The notes under the pieces are model-generated. The model did not search any database. It saw only the letters and a list, made by a program, of their open reading frames with translations, and was not told where the DNA came from. The position numbers and the translations under genes are program-made. This document shows, one piece after another, positions 37,531 through 49,399 of a stretch of 64,000 nucleotides of DNA; positions within the stretch are counted from its first letter, which is position 1, and each line of letters starts with the position of its first letter. This DNA is from Smithellaceae bacterium. GTDB lineage: Bacteria; Desulfobacterota; Syntrophia; Syntrophales; Smithellaceae. The stretch spans positions 1,952,001 to 2,016,000 of the forward strand of contig CAXXVL010000002.1 of NCBI GenBank assembly GCA_963667845.2, given 5' to 3'.

Positions 37531-39705
37531 TTAGCCTTGTTTCAAAGCATCGGCTCTGATCGGGAGACTCCGGAGGCGCTTCCCCGTTACGGCAAATACG
37601 GCGTTCGCCACTGCGGGCGCGATGGGCGGCACGCCCGGCTCTCCCACGCCCTCCGGACCTTCCGTACTGGGAACGATAAAGACCTCCACAACGGGCATAC
37701 CGCTCATGCGGAGCATCTGGTAATTGTGAAAATTGCTTTGATCGACCCTGCCGTCGGTCAGCGTAATCGCCCCGTAGAGAGCGGCCGAAAGACCGAAGAC
37801 GATAGCCCCTTCCATCTGGGCGGCGACGGTGTCCGGATTCACAACCCGGCCGCAGTCGACGGTGCAGACAACCCGGTGGACGCGGACGCTGCCTTCTTTG
37901 GAGACGGAAACCTCGGCGACCTGGGCGATGAAACTTCCAAACGCTTCGTGAACGGCGATTCCGCGGCCGCGGCCGGACGGGAGCCGGGTTCCCCAGCCGG
38001 CCTTTTCAGCGGCAAGTGTGAGGACCGCTTTGTGCCGGGGATTTTTGGCGAGGAGCCGCAGGCGATAGTCGCAGGGATCTGCTTTGGCGGCATGAGCCAG
38101 TTCGTCGATAAAGCTTTCCACGACAAAGGCGGTATGGGAATGGCCCACCGACCGCCACCACTGGACGGGCACGCTGTTTTTCGGACTGTGCAGGTCAACG
38201 AGGATATTCGGGATGTCATAGGGGATATCCGCCGCCCCTTCCACCGATGTGGCATCAACGCCGTTCTTGACCATCATGCCCTCGAAGGGCGATCCCGCGA
38301 GGATGGACTGCCCGACGATCGTATGCTGCCAGGCAACAGGGTTCCCTTTGGCGTCGAGCGCAGCCGTAATTTTATCGAGCCACATGGGGCGGTAGTAGCC
38401 GCCTTTGATATCGTCCTCTCTCGTCCAGATAACCTTGACGGGCTTCCCCAGCACTTTGGCCACGGAGGCGGCCTCCGAGACGAAATCGGACTGAGGATTG
38501 GCGCGGCGCCCAAACCCGCCGCCCAGGAGCATCGTCCGGATGTTCACCTGGTTTTTTTTGAGCCCCAGAATCCTGGCCGCCGCATCGCGGTCGGCCGTCT
38601 GAAACTGCGTGCCTGTCCGAATCTCACAGCTGTCCTGCCGGAAATCAACCAGGCAGTTCAAAGGCTCCATCATCGCATGGGCCAGATAGGGGACTTCGTA
38701 CTCGGCACTGAACTTCTGTGCCGCGCCGCGGAACGCCTTGGCGGTATCTCCATCCCTGCGGCTGACCATTCCCGGCGTATCGGCCAGCCGTTCATACTCT
38801 TTGCGCATCGAGGCGGTGGAAAGGCTTGCGCCTTCGCCGTCATCCCAGACGATTTGCAGGAGGTCGCGTCCCTTTTTTGCCGGCCAGAAACTGTCGGCGA
38901 CAACGGCCACGCCCGACGGAATCTGAAATACCTCCCGGACACCGGGAAACGCCCTGGTCTTTTCCGCATCGAGACTCTTTACCTTTCCACCGAAAACCGG
39001 AGGCCTCGCGATGAGGGCTACGAGCATACCGGGCACCTGCGCGTCGAGTCCGAAAAGGGCTTTGCCGTCGGTTTTTTCGGGCGTATCCAGTCGCTTGGTC
39101 GACCGGCCGATCAATTTGAATTTGGCGGGGTCTTTCAGCGTCACCTTTTTGGGGACCGGTAAGTCAGCCGCTTTCAGGGCAAGCTCGCCGAAGGTCAGAG
39201 TTTTTCCGTCCGGGTGAATCACTTTGCTCTTTTGGGCGCGGCAGGAGCCCGGATCGACACGCCATGTCGCCGCGGCGGCGGCAATCAGCATTTCCCGGGC
39301 ACTGGCCCCCGCAAGGCGGAGGCGCTCCCACTCGCTGCGCACACTGGAGCTGCCCCCGGTTCCCTGCATCGCTCCCCATTCCGTATGGTTGTATGCGGGA
39401 GCGACCGGCGCAGGCTCCAGATGAATTTTGTTCCAGTCGCATTCCAGCTCTTCCGCGATGAGCATCGGCAGTGATGTATAAACGCCCTGGCCCATTTCCG
39501 ATTTGTTTATGATGAGCGTCACGGTGTCATCCGGACTGATCCGGATGAAGGCATTCGGCACAAAGGGTCCGGCATGCGCCTGCGCCGCGCCGGCCCGTCC
39601 CCGGGACCCGACCGGTGCAAAATAAAAGCCGAGAATGAGGCCGCCGCCGGCGAGGCCCGAGGCTCTCAGGAATTCGCGTCGGCTTAGATTCAGTATCGGA
39701 CTCAT
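37531..39705 (-). CDS. iorB: Isoquinoline 1-oxidoreductase-type molybdopterin subunit (copy 2), Tat signal
   Basis: [30 protein letters not shown]. Confidence 0.9.
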   Translation of the reverse strand: MSPILNLSRREFLRASGLAGGGLILGFYFAPVGSRGRAGAAQAHAGPFVPNAFIRISPDDTVTLIINKSEMGQGVYTSLPMLIAEELECDWNKIHLEPAPVAPAYNHTEWGAMQGTGGSSSVRSEWERLRLAGASAREMLIAAAAATWRVDPGSCRAQKSKVIHPDGKTLTFGELALKAADLPVPKKVTLKDPAKFKLIGRSTKRLDTPEKTDGKALFGLDAQVPGMLVALIARPPVFGGKVKSLDAEKTRAFPGVREVFQIPSGVAVVADSFWPAKKGRDLLQIVWDDGEGASLSTASMRKEYERLADTPGMVSRRDGDTAKAFRGAAQKFSAEYEVPYLAHAMMEPLNCLVDFRQDSCEIRTGTQFQTADRDAAARILGLKKNQVNIRTMLLGGGFGRRANPQSDFVSEAASVAKVLGKPVKVIWTREDDIKGGYYRPMWLDKITAALDAKGNPVAWQHTIVGQSILAGSPFEGMMVKNGVDATSVEGAADIPYDIPNILVDLHSPKNSVPVQWWRSVGHSHTAFVVESFIDELAHAAKADPCDYRLRLLAKNPRHKAVLTLAAEKAGWGTRLPSGRGRGIAVHEAFGSFIAQVAEVSVSKEGSVRVHRVVCTVDCGRVVNPDTVAAQMEGAIVFGLSAALYGAITLTDGRVDQSNFHNYQMLRMSGMPVVEVFIVPSTEGPEGVGEPGVPPIAPAVANAVFAVTGKRLRSLPIRADALKQG

Positions 39706-40168
39706 GCTGCACCTCCTGCCATCATGGCCGAGGCCCGGTGGATGGCGCGCCGTATTCTCTGATACGTGCCGCAGCGGCAGATGTTGCCCGACATCGAGGC
39801 GTCGATGTCGGCGTCGCTGGGCTTGGGGTTCTTGGCCAGCAGGGCCGCAGCCGACATGATCTGTCCGGAATGACAGTAGCCGCACTGCGGCACATCATCT
39901 TCGATCCAGGCGCGCTGCACCGGATGCGTCCCATCGGGGGAAAGTCCTTCAATCGTCGTAATCGACTTTCCCGAAACAGCGGAAACGGGCGTGACGCAGG
40001 AGCGGGTGGCCGTGCCGTTTACCAGCACGGTGCAGGCGCCGCACAGCGCCATGCCGCAGCCGAACTTCGTGCCCGTCAGACCGAGTTGTTCGCGCAAAAC
40101 CCAGAGCAGCGGCGTATCCGGCAGCACCGTTACGCTGTGCTCCTTCCCGTTAACCTGGAGTGTCACCG
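39666..40168. repeat. Direct repeat of about 503 bp; other copy at 42411-42913
   Basis: Near-identical DNA at offset 2745. Confidence 0.92.
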
Positions 40169-40199
40169 CCTTTGCGGATGCCTGGTTCGTTTCAGCCAT
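39702..40199 (-). CDS. iorA: (2Fe-2S)-binding subunit (copy 2)
   Basis: [18 protein letters not shown]. Confidence 0.93.
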   Translation of the reverse strand: MAETNQASAKAVTLQVNGKEHSVTVLPDTPLLWVLREQLGLTGTKFGCGMALCGACTVLVNGTATRSCVTPVSAVSGKSITTIEGLSPDGTHPVQRAWIEDDVPQCGYCHSGQIMSAAALLAKNPKPSDADIDASMSGNICRCGTYQRIRRAIHRASAMMAGGAA

Positions 40200-40304
40200 A
40201 AAAGATTCCTCTTTCTTATTTGTCCCGGATAATGATTCAATCCCGACGTTTTTGCCTTAAGCCCGGACGCAGGCACGGAAGAAAGGGACCGCGTGCCGTG
40301 GGGG

Positions 40305-42450
40305 TCACGCTTTCTTCGCAACGGATGCGGGAAGCTCCCGGATCCGCGTGCCTGTGGCTGCAAAAACAGCGCCGGCCAGAGCTGGTGCCACGGTGGGCAC
40401 GGCCAGTTCTCCGACTCCTCCGGGTGTTTCCCGGCTTTGCAGAATGTGGACATCAACAACAGGCATTTCATTCATTCTGAACATTTGATAATTGTGAAAA
40501 TTCGACTGCACAACCCGTCCGCGATCGATCGTAATCGTGTCTTTGAGCGCGGCGGTCAGTCCGAAGACAATGCCGCCTTCCACCTGGGCTTCAATGGTCC
40601 GGGGATTGATGGTCTGGCCGCAGTCGACGGCGCAGACCACGCGGTGAACGCGGATGGTCCGGTCATCGGCGAGTGAAATTTCGACGACCTGGGCGACGAA
40701 GCTGCCGTATGCTTCAGCGGTGGCAATCCCGCGGAATCGACCTTTTGCCGGCGGTTTGTTCCATTCGGCTTTTTGGGCTGCGGCATCCAGCACGCCGAGC
40801 AAACGCGGTTGCCTGCCAAGGAGGTAGCGGCGCAGCGCGTAGGGGTCTTTCCCGCCGGCAAAAGCGATTTCATCGAGGAAGCTTTCCGTGACGAACGTAT
40901 TGTGCGAGTGGCCCACGGAACGCCAGAAACCCACGGGAATTCCCGGTTCCCGCCGGATGTATTCAACCCGCACATTGGGGATATCGTAAGGCAGGTCCGA
41001 TGCCCCTTCTACGGCGGCGCGGTCGATGACCGGCGGGGCCATGCCGAAAGCGCCGGCATGCGCCGCAAAGATGGACGCTCCCACGATCCGGTGCGTCCAC
41101 GCCACCGGCATGCCCTGCGCATTGAGCGCTGACGAGAGACGGTTATAGATTGCCGGCCGGTAGTGATCGTGCTGCATGTCGTCCTCGCGTGTCCAGACGA
41201 CCTTGACAGGTGTTTGCATGACTTTGGAGATTTCAACGGCCTCGGCCAGAAAATCCTGCTCTGCCCGTCTGCCGAAGCCCGTGCCCAGAAAAGTCGTGTT
41301 GATGACGATGGAGGCTTCAGGCAGCCCCGTAATTTTTGCCGCGACGCGCTGGGCCAGCGTCTGCCCCTGTGTCGGCACCCAGATTTCACAGGCGTTTGCG
41401 CGCACATGCGCTGTGCAGTTCATGGGCTCCATGTTGGCGTGGGCGAGATAAGGAAGCTGATAGACGGCCTCTATTTTCCGCGGAGCGTTCCGGAGCGCCG
41501 CAATGGCGTCGCCGTCGTTGCGGGCAGTGGGGCCTTCCGTTTTGGCCGCCTCTTCAAAGAGCCGGGTGATGTCGGGAGTGGACATGCCCGCCGTCGGGCC
41601 TTCGTCCCATGTCACCTTGAGAACGTCCCGGCCTTTTTTGGCGGCCCAGAACGTATCGGCCACGACCGCGACACCGCTCGCGATCGGCAGCACCCGGCGA
41701 ACACCGGGGACGTTCCTGGTTGCGCTGTCATCGTAGCCCGTCTGACTGCCGCCGAAGACGGGGCAGCGGGAAACAACGGCCGTCAGCATGCCGGGAAGCC
41801 GGACATCCAGGCCGAACAGGCCGCCGCCCCTGACTTTGACCGGTGTGTCCAGGCGGTTGACGGGCGTTCCGAGAATTTTGAAATCGCCGGGGTCTTTGAT
41901 TTTTATAACCTTCGGCACGGGCAGTGCCGCAGCCTTTTCGACGATGTCTCCATAGGGAATGCTGCGTCCGGTTTGCCGGGTGAAGAACCCTGCCTTTTTC
42001 GGTGCGGCAGGAGGTTGCCTCGACCTTCCACGCTCCCGCGGCAGCCGAAACCAGCATGGCTCGGGCCGCGGCGCCGGCTTCATTGAGCGGCTTCCAGAAG
42101 CCGCGGACACTGGAGCTGCCGCCGGTGAGCTGCATGCCGATGATCGGATTCGTATAGGCCTTGTCCGCCGGCGCCTGCTCGAACCGGACCTGCGTCCAGT
42201 CGGCATCCAGTTCTTCCGCGATGATCATGGGAAATGACGTGAGGACGCCCTGGCCCATGTCCGATTGCGGGACGAGGACCGTGATCATGCCTTTGGTGTC
42301 GATTCTCAGGAAGGCATTGGGAACAAATTGATCCGTCGCAGCTTCCGCTTCAAGGCCGAAGGGGATGCGGAAACCCAGAATCAGCCCGCCGCCGGCGAGC
42401 GCACCGGCCTTCAGGAATTCGCGTCGGCTTAAATTCAGTATCGGACTCAT
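40305..42450 (-). pseudogene. iorB: Molybdopterin subunit (copy 1) with +1 frameshift at about 41972-41974
   Basis: N- and C-terminal halves in different frames; removing one A restores ...RVLHPATGRSIPYGDIV...; may be a sequencing error. Confidence 0.8.
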
Positions 42451-42944
42451 GCTGCACCTCCTGCCATCATGGCCGAGGCCCGGTGGATGGCACGCCGTAT
42501 TCTCTGATACGTGCCGCAGCGGCAGATGTTGCCCGACATCGAGGCGTCGATGTCGGCGTCGCTGGGTTTGGGGTTCTTGGCCAGCAAGGCCGCAGCCGAC
42601 ATGATCTGTCCGGAATGACAGTAGCCGCACTGCGGCACATCATCTTCGATCCAGGCGCGCTGCACCGGATGCGTCCCATCGGGGGAAAGTCCTTCAATCG
42701 TCGTAATCGACTTTCCCGAAACAGCGGAAACGGGCGTGACGCAGGAGCGGGTGGCCGTGCCGTTTACCAGCACGGTGCAGGCGCCGCACAGCGCCATGCC
42801 GCAGCCGAACTTCGTGCCCGTCAGACCAAGTTGTTCGCGCAAAACCCAGAGCAGCGGCGTATCCGGTAGCACCGTTACACTATGCTCCTTCCCGTTAACC
42901 TGGAATGTCACCGGGGACGTCATTTTATTTTCTGTGTCAGCCAT
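42447..42944 (-). CDS. iorA: (2Fe-2S)-binding subunit (copy 1)
   Basis: Protein identical to copy 2 beyond the N-terminal ~14 aa. Confidence 0.93.
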   Translation of the reverse strand: MADTENKMTSPVTFQVNGKEHSVTVLPDTPLLWVLREQLGLTGTKFGCGMALCGACTVLVNGTATRSCVTPVSAVSGKSITTIEGLSPDGTHPVQRAWIEDDVPQCGYCHSGQIMSAAALLAKNPKPSDADIDASMSGNICRCGTYQRIRRAIHRASAMMAGGAA

Positions 42945-42946
42945 AA

Positions 42947-45364
42947 TTATTTCCATCCTTTCCTGACGATTTCCCTCGCTTTGGGATAAGGGTATTTCTT
43001 CATAAGTTCGGCCAAAGGCAATTTCTGATCTTCGCCGCGCATGAAGTGAATGAGGACGACGGACGCCCAGTAGTCGCTTGCGTAGCGCGTATCTCTCAGC
43101 TGGACCGGAACGCCTTTGGCATTCACGCTGTGGCAGGCCGCACAGGTTACCGGTCCGGCATATTTACCGTCGGGGCTGAACTGCAGGGCCTGCTCATGGG
43201 ACGTCTTGTCGACCGTCTCTTTTGCGCCTTCATAACGGACAGGATACAGTCCGTGCATCGATTCATGGCAGGACTGGCAGGCCAGGCGGCCGTGCGCCTT
43301 GGAATACCGGTAAAGCGCATACTTGCCCGGCTGATCGATGGGAAAGTAATCGCCGCCGGCGCTTTCCACAAAAGGCGCGAGATGGCAATCCGCGCAGTGC
43401 GGAGCACCAGGCGAAAGCCACCAGTCGCTTCCCCCGGATACGGAGGCGTACGTGAGCGATTCCCCCTGACTTCCGTTCCACGGCAAAACGACCGGCTTTC
43501 CGTCTTGTCCTTTTGCTGTTTTCAAAAGGACCGCACTTGTGTGTCGGGCGTAGTAGCTGTAGAGCGGATCTCCCGGAGCGCCCACAGTGGGATCGGCAAA
43601 GAATGCCTTAAACCGCGCCTCATCAATGCCGGCCAGGGCCCGGATGACCTCTGCTACGGATTTGTTCCGGAGCGTTTTTCCTTCCTGGGATACGGCATCG
43701 CGAAAATCGTCCTGCCGGTAGAGTTCATGCGCCAATTCGTTATGGCAGTTGGTGCAGTAAAGCCCGCGAATCTCCTTGAGCGGTTTTCCGTTTTCATCCG
43801 CCATGCTGACTTGCCTCAGGTACCACTTGCCGATACCGTTGAGGAAGAAAGGAGGAGATACGTGGGGATTCGTATGCGCATCGCGCCTCAGGTAGCAGCC
43901 GCCGCCCGCCGTCCGGAGGTCGGCATTCGTGAAGCGCGCATTGCCATGTTTGTCTGTGATCTGGTATGGATTTGCGTCCCAGTCATTCATGGCTTCGGAC
44001 TGCCAGTGGGATGGATGGCAGGTCTGGCAGTTCTGGGTTCTCCCCGCCTTATCGGGCATGGGGATAAACTGCGCATGGACGGCATGAACCGATTGGGTGA
44101 GCGGCCCGCTCTTCGAGACCGCGTATCCCGTGGCGCGGGGCCGGGGAGTCTGCAGATTCCCGGACATGTTGTCGCCGTGGCAGTCCACACAGTTCACCGC
44201 GCCCACCCGGCCGAGCCGGTTGGAGGAGGCGGCGGGATTATAATCAACAAGAAACGCTGTCTTGTGGTGTTTGTCATGGAGCTCCAGGACGTTGATCATG
44301 GTGGCCGTGAGACGCGCCGTGTAATCGCTGACATCCGGATAGTTCTTCTTCCAGTAGGCGAATTCTTCATCGAAGTGATGCAATCCCTCATTCCTGGCGC
44401 GCTTTGCGGCAAGTCCATCGCCTGCGTGGCAAAAAGAACAGTTCGAAATATCGACGGGATTGGTTCCAAAAAATTCTACCGGTTTTCCGTTAGCGGTGAT
44501 GGGGTTGCCCTTCGCATCTTTCATCCGGACGACGGAAACCTGATACGGTTGAAAATCCCGGTCGGCGATGGTGCGGATGCTCCCGGTTCTTCTGCCGTCG
44601 TTGAAGGCGGTGAGCGGCAGACCCAGCGCGTCCCATAAGTATGAGGAGGTGAGCGTCAGCGGGATATTCTTCAGGTCCGGCAAAAGCGAATCCGTAAAAA
44701 CGATGTTCCCGCCTTTACTCCCCGCATAAGACATCTCCCCTCCGGCGATGCTTTTACCGGAAGGGCCGGCGTCGATATTTACGGGAATGTCCCGGCCGAT
44801 GAAGAGGCGCGCCGAGGAGGCCGGATCGGCGGGCAGCGTGCCTTCCAGGTCCTTGTAAATAAACAGATGGGTCCAGACGTAATTGGCCATATTGTCGCCG
44901 GGCTTGTCCATATTGCCCGTCTGGCTTACATCTTTCAGGACCCGCCAGTATTTCATCTTGTTTCCTTCACTGTAGGTGTTGTCTTTAATGCCGTAGTCGA
45001 GCCGGATGTTATCCGCGGGCGAGAGAAGCCGGGGGCGTGAGCCGTGATCGCCTGACCGGACCGCTTGCGCCTGGACGCTGTTGTAGGGCGGGATAATGCA
45101 GCAGTACGATACGTCGAACCCCACGCAGTGCATGCCGAGTTCGTAATTGATAAAGATGTTGTAAGGATTTTTGGGATCGAAGAGGATCGTTTTTTCGCTC
45201 CCGGCCGCAGCTCCGTCTTCATAGGACCGAAGCCCCGTGACACTGAAGGGAGGATCGGCGTCATAAACTTGTTCCTCGGATGTCGCCCCGACTGCGTACA
45301 GACCGGCTGATAAGAGGGACAGCAGGGCCGAGCACAAGATGACGAGACGGGAAAACTTCCTCAT
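42947..45364 (-). CDS. Exported multiheme cytochrome c (7 CxxCH)
   Basis: Signal peptide; CSFCH, CVDCH, CQTCH, CTNCH, CADCH, CQSCH, CAACH; N-terminal ELGMHC...CCIIPPYN. Confidence 0.88.
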   Translation of the reverse strand: MRKFSRLVILCSALLSLLSAGLYAVGATSEEQVYDADPPFSVTGLRSYEDGAAAGSEKTILFDPKNPYNIFINYELGMHCVGFDVSYCCIIPPYNSVQAQAVRSGDHGSRPRLLSPADNIRLDYGIKDNTYSEGNKMKYWRVLKDVSQTGNMDKPGDNMANYVWTHLFIYKDLEGTLPADPASSARLFIGRDIPVNIDAGPSGKSIAGGEMSYAGSKGGNIVFTDSLLPDLKNIPLTLTSSYLWDALGLPLTAFNDGRRTGSIRTIADRDFQPYQVSVVRMKDAKGNPITANGKPVEFFGTNPVDISNCSFCHAGDGLAAKRARNEGLHHFDEEFAYWKKNYPDVSDYTARLTATMINVLELHDKHHKTAFLVDYNPAASSNRLGRVGAVNCVDCHGDNMSGNLQTPRPRATGYAVSKSGPLTQSVHAVHAQFIPMPDKAGRTQNCQTCHPSHWQSEAMNDWDANPYQITDKHGNARFTNADLRTAGGGCYLRRDAHTNPHVSPPFFLNGIGKWYLRQVSMADENGKPLKEIRGLYCTNCHNELAHELYRQDDFRDAVSQEGKTLRNKSVAEVIRALAGIDEARFKAFFADPTVGAPGDPLYSYYARHTSAVLLKTAKGQDGKPVVLPWNGSQGESLTYASVSGGSDWWLSPGAPHCADCHLAPFVESAGGDYFPIDQPGKYALYRYSKAHGRLACQSCHESMHGLYPVRYEGAKETVDKTSHEQALQFSPDGKYAGPVTCAACHSVNAKGVPVQLRDTRYASDYWASVVLIHFMRGEDQKLPLAELMKKYPYPKAREIVRKGWK

Positions 45365-45909
45365 TGTCCTGATACGCTCCTTTTGCACTCCCGGGTGACC
45401 GGTAAAAGAAGGGAGGGTCCTATCGGAACATAGTCCGGGCTTCGTTCTTTTCTCGACTCAAATCCGCGGATTCCCTTTTGATCATCAGCCGCCGCCTTCG
45501 GATCGGGAGAAACCGCGAAACAGATGAGCGAAGAAGGAAGACAAAAAATACAGCAGACAGCCGTCAGGATCCGTTTTTATTTTCTTCAGCAAAATACTCG
45601 GGAAGCCGGGATGATTCCGTCGCTTAACACGCATACTCTAATGACGATGATGGCGAGATTAAATGGTAAAAAAGTGTCAGGAAAAGAGTAGGGGAATTCT
45701 ATCCCGGATGAGTTGAGACGCTCGGCCGGACACAACAATGATAGTCTCAACCTGTCATTTTACTATGAATTAACGGGCATTGTGCGCCGGGTCCAATAGA
45801 CTTAATCTAATAACGGAAAAATTCGGCAAAGGCGGCCGCGGTGAAGCAGGATTTGCTGGGGTGATTGCCGCCGTTAAAGGTCAGCAATGATTTTCCCGAG
45901 GTCATGATC

Positions 45910-46350
45910 ATGAAATTATTTATTGCTTTGGCGCTGGTCATGGTTCTGACATGGCCGGCCATGGGAGGAATGATGGAAGAGAACAATAAAAAAATAGTCC
46001 GCGATTTTTATGAAATGGCCTTTAACCGGCATAAACCCGCCGAGGCTGCGAAAATCTATATCGGCGATCATTATATCCAGCACCACCCGGGCGTTCCCGA
46101 CGGCGCCGCCGCGTTTTGCGGATATTTCGAAAAATTTTTCCGAGAATATCCGCAATACCATGTGGAAATCAAACGCGTGATCGCGGAAGGCGACCTGGTT
46201 GTTCTTCATTTGCATGGCCGAAAAGATGATCAGGATCGGGGCCGGGCGATCGTGGATATTTTTCGACTCGAAAACGGCAAAATTGTCGAGCACTGGGATG
46301 TCATTCAGGATGTCCCCGAGAAAACGACCAAATCCAATACGATGTTTTAG
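45910..46350 (+). CDS. SnoaL/NTF2-like protein
   Basis: YIQH.P.V.DG, IAEGDLVVLH, DIFRLENGKIVEHWDV. Confidence 0.88.
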   Translation: MKLFIALALVMVLTWPAMGGMMEENNKKIVRDFYEMAFNRHKPAEAAKIYIGDHYIQHHPGVPDGAAAFCGYFEKFFREYPQYHVEIKRVIAEGDLVVLHLHGRKDDQDRGRAIVDIFRLENGKIVEHWDVIQDVPEKTTKSNTMF

Positions 46351-46424
46351 AAGCAGACAAAGGACGCTGACAAGCACGGGCAGGTTAGGACTACCTTTCA
46401 TTGGCCGGGAAATATGAGGATGGG

Positions 46425-47663
46425 ATGAATCAGGACGAGCGGCTCTGTAACGCCCAGGGAATGCAATTGTGCAGATTGCGCGATGAATCGGCAAGGCCGT
46501 GGTCTTACGCGGCGGTGGCTCTGGCGTCGTTTGTTCTGATCGCCGCCGCCACGATTCCGACACCCTTGTATCAGCTCTATCAGGTCAAGTTTCATTTCTC
46601 TGAATTCATGCTGACCATGATCTTCGGCATCTATGCCTTCGGTGTCATCCCGTCGCTTCTGGTGTTTGGTCCGCTGGGCGATGCGATTTGCCGCCGCCGC
46701 GTCCTGATGTTTGCAATCGTCACGGCCGCCGCCGGCATTTTGCTCCTGTCGCTGGCCCAGGGGGTGATCTGGCTCCTGGCCGGACGCCTGCTTGTCGGCG
46801 TGGCCGTCGGTGCGACGCAGGGCAATTCCAGCGCGGCCCTGGTGGAAATGCAGCCCGCGGGAGACCGCAGAAGGGCCGGGATCATGATGGCCGTCTGCAC
46901 GGCGGGCGGCGCGGCATCCGGCACGCTCGCCAGCGGTATCATCGCCCAGTATCTGCCTGATCCTTTCGAGCTTGTTTATCTTGTGGAACTCGGCATGCTG
47001 ACGCTGGCGTTTATGCTGGTGGCCGGCATCCAGGAAGCGTCAAGACCCGTCCTGTCACTTGTCAGTTTTCACCGCCCGCACGTGTCACGCAAGATCTTTG
47101 CCGGGTTTCTGGTGGCCTCTCTGGCCGGGGGGCTCGGCTGGTCGATTGCGGGTCTATTTGTGGCGCTGATGCCAAGCTACCTTTCCAATCTGCTGCACAT
47201 CAGAAATCTGGCTGCGGGAGGCATTCTGGTCGCGCTCATGCTGGGTTCGAGCGTCGCGGTTCAGCTGGTGCTGGTTCACATATCCAATTTTCGTCTGTTG
47301 ATGTCGGGTCTCGCCGGGGCTATCGTAGGACTTGCCGCGATCGTTGCCGCCTGGCACCTTTCATCACTCGTCCTGATGATCGCGGGTTCCATCATCTCAG
47401 GCGCGGCTATGGGCATGGCCTACCTTGGTTCGATCTCCGAAATCAATCGTCTCGCGGCGCCTGAGGAACGCGGTCAAATCAATTCTCTCTATTTTATGAT
47501 TGTCTATTTATTTTTTTCAGTGCCGATGATCGCCCTGGGATTTGTGGCCAGCCGCCTCGACCTTTATACCGCCGTTCTTTCCTTTGCTGCGGTCATCGTG
47601 TTCATCGCCGCAAGCCTGATGATTTGGCTGGCCATCCGGCACAGATCGGGGGCTTCGGGCTGA
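46425..47663 (+). CDS. MFS transporter
   Basis: About 12 TM segments, PTPLY, GPLGDAICRR motif A. Confidence 0.9.
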   Translation: MNQDERLCNAQGMQLCRLRDESARPWSYAAVALASFVLIAAATIPTPLYQLYQVKFHFSEFMLTMIFGIYAFGVIPSLLVFGPLGDAICRRRVLMFAIVTAAAGILLLSLAQGVIWLLAGRLLVGVAVGATQGNSSAALVEMQPAGDRRRAGIMMAVCTAGGAASGTLASGIIAQYLPDPFELVYLVELGMLTLAFMLVAGIQEASRPVLSLVSFHRPHVSRKIFAGFLVASLAGGLGWSIAGLFVALMPSYLSNLLHIRNLAAGGILVALMLGSSVAVQLVLVHISNFRLLMSGLAGAIVGLAAIVAAWHLSSLVLMIAGSIISGAAMGMAYLGSISEINRLAAPEERGQINSLYFMIVYLFFSVPMIALGFVASRLDLYTAVLSFAAVIVFIAASLMIWLAIRHRSGASG

Positions 47664-47737
47664 TCGGATTCGAAACCCGTCATCCATCATCCGGATGGTT
47701 CCCGGACGCAGCGGATGCTTTAGCCGCCGGCCGATCT

Positions 47738-49075
47738 TCATAATTCTTTGAGCAGTCTGTTGTCGGGTAGTCCTGCAACGGTCTTTCCGAATGCAGCCAG
47801 GGATGCGGACAGGGCCGCAAATTCCGGGGTATGGGTGAAGGGCATCTCGTTTAAGCCTCTTTCCTCCAGGGCATCGATGACATAGTGAATGCTCAGCGAG
47901 TTGACATCCCGGGCGGGTTGATATCCTTTTTCAGAGCTTCCATCGCTTTCGGTTACCGAGAGAATACCGCTTTTTACCAGATTGAAAAGAATGTCGTTGA
48001 CGAAGCGGATGGGAATTTCGAGCCCGCTGGCGATGGCCCGCGCCGTCGGGGCCTTTTCGCCCCGGATAAACGTCTGAACCAGATGATGCGCTATCTGCAG
48101 AGACAGAATGATTCGAAGGCGGTGACTGGCCAGAAGGGCGTCGGGTTCGAACTCGTAGGTATCTTCATTCTGGTAGGCGAAGGAGAATTCCGCTCCGTAC
48201 AGGACAATCAGCCAGCTCAACTGAAGCCAGGCCAGAAAAAGCGGCAGGGCGGCAAAGCTGCCATAGATGGCGTTGTAATTCGCGACCCCGACCTGGAAGG
48301 TGATATAGACCCATTGGACAATCTGAAACGTGGTGCCGGCAATAATTCCGGCAGGCAGGGCTGAAGACAATTTCACCTTCGTATTCGGCATAAACATGTA
48401 TAGGAAGGTAAAGAGAGCCCACATCAATGTGTAAGGCAGGAGCCTCAGCAAAAAAAAGATGATGGAACTGAAGCTCCCGAGGATGGCGAACTTCTCCAGA
48501 ATCAGATTGACCTGAGTGGTGACAAAGACGGTGACCCCACCGGAAAGAATAAGAATCACCGGGCAGATCAGCATGAGCGACAGGTAATCTCCGAACATGC
48601 GGCCGAGGGTGCGCTTTTCCTTGACGCCCCAGATATCGTTGAATGAATATTCAATCTGCCCCAAAACCTTGAGCACGGCCCAGAAAAGAACAACGAGGCC
48701 GGCACCGGCAATCACGCCGCCTTTGGTATTGGCCAGGAGCGCATTGGAAAACTGGAGGACATTGGTCAGGATGTCTTCATGACCGGCGAGTTTCTCTCGC
48801 AGCTGCGACTCCAGCACTTTGTCAAATCCGAAACCTTTGGCAATTCCGAAGGCCATCGCGGCAACGGGAACGATCGAGACAAGAGAATAAAAGGTGAGGG
48901 CTGATGCGCGAAGCTGGCATTTATCTTCATCGAAACCCCGGATGGACAGGAGAACAGTTCTGGCAATCTTCAGGAAAAAAGATTTTCCCGGAGGCAGGGT
49001 GGTGCGTTTGATTCTCCAGATGTCCTGTTTGTAAAAATCCGTTGCTTTTTGAAGCTGTTTCCCGATGTTGCCCAT
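47738..49075 (-). CDS. YihY/virulence factor BrkB family with C-terminal winged-helix-like region
   Basis: ASALTFYSLVSIVP, FNDIW, YGSFAALPLFL.W. Confidence 0.88.
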   Translation of the reverse strand: MGNIGKQLQKATDFYKQDIWRIKRTTLPPGKSFFLKIARTVLLSIRGFDEDKCQLRASALTFYSLVSIVPVAAMAFGIAKGFGFDKVLESQLREKLAGHEDILTNVLQFSNALLANTKGGVIAGAGLVVLFWAVLKVLGQIEYSFNDIWGVKEKRTLGRMFGDYLSLMLICPVILILSGGVTVFVTTQVNLILEKFAILGSFSSIIFFLLRLLPYTLMWALFTFLYMFMPNTKVKLSSALPAGIIAGTTFQIVQWVYITFQVGVANYNAIYGSFAALPLFLAWLQLSWLIVLYGAEFSFAYQNEDTYEFEPDALLASHRLRIILSLQIAHHLVQTFIRGEKAPTARAIASGLEIPIRFVNDILFNLVKSGILSVTESDGSSEKGYQPARDVNSLSIHYVIDALEERGLNEMPFTHTPEFAALSASLAAFGKTVAGLPDNRLLKEL

Positions 49076-49399
49076 GACGCCTCCTGAAATTCGATGATGG
49101 ATGATGGATATGAGTGCGGCGCTGTGGTGCCGGTCTTCCTGCCTTGCGGTGATGACAGGGCAGCTTTAATATTTAAGATAAGATGAAGAGCGGACTCTGT
49201 CAATGAGAGACCGGCGATTGCGGGATCTTATTGACGGACTGCCTGAAGTATGATTTTTAGAAACCGTTTTGTTCGCCTTGCCGCTTGCGGACAATCATCC
49301 AGGCGGGCCCCCGATGACGGAAGTTTACGAACATAAAGGCGCCGAAAATATATTTATCCGGGATACTGGCAAAGACGCCGAAAGGTTGTTAGATTTTAG

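Noticed and set aside
37279..39162. 627-aa plus-strand ORF
   Set aside because: Antisense shadow of GC-rich iorB; no recognisable motifs
37531..39885. 784-aa version of iorB
   Set aside because: Extension overlaps iorA; ATG at 39705 has an RBS, overlaps the iorA stop and precedes the Tat motif
43046..44638. 530-aa plus-strand ORF
   Set aside because: Antisense shadow of the multiheme cytochrome gene
45361..45600. Signal-peptide-like minus-strand frame upstream of the cytochrome
   Set aside because: No in-frame start; needs a frameshift; too weak to call
45712..45751. 8-bp inverted repeat GTTGAGAC/GTCTCAAC as an operator or Moco riboswitch
   Set aside because: Short, single occurrence, no riboswitch consensus recognised
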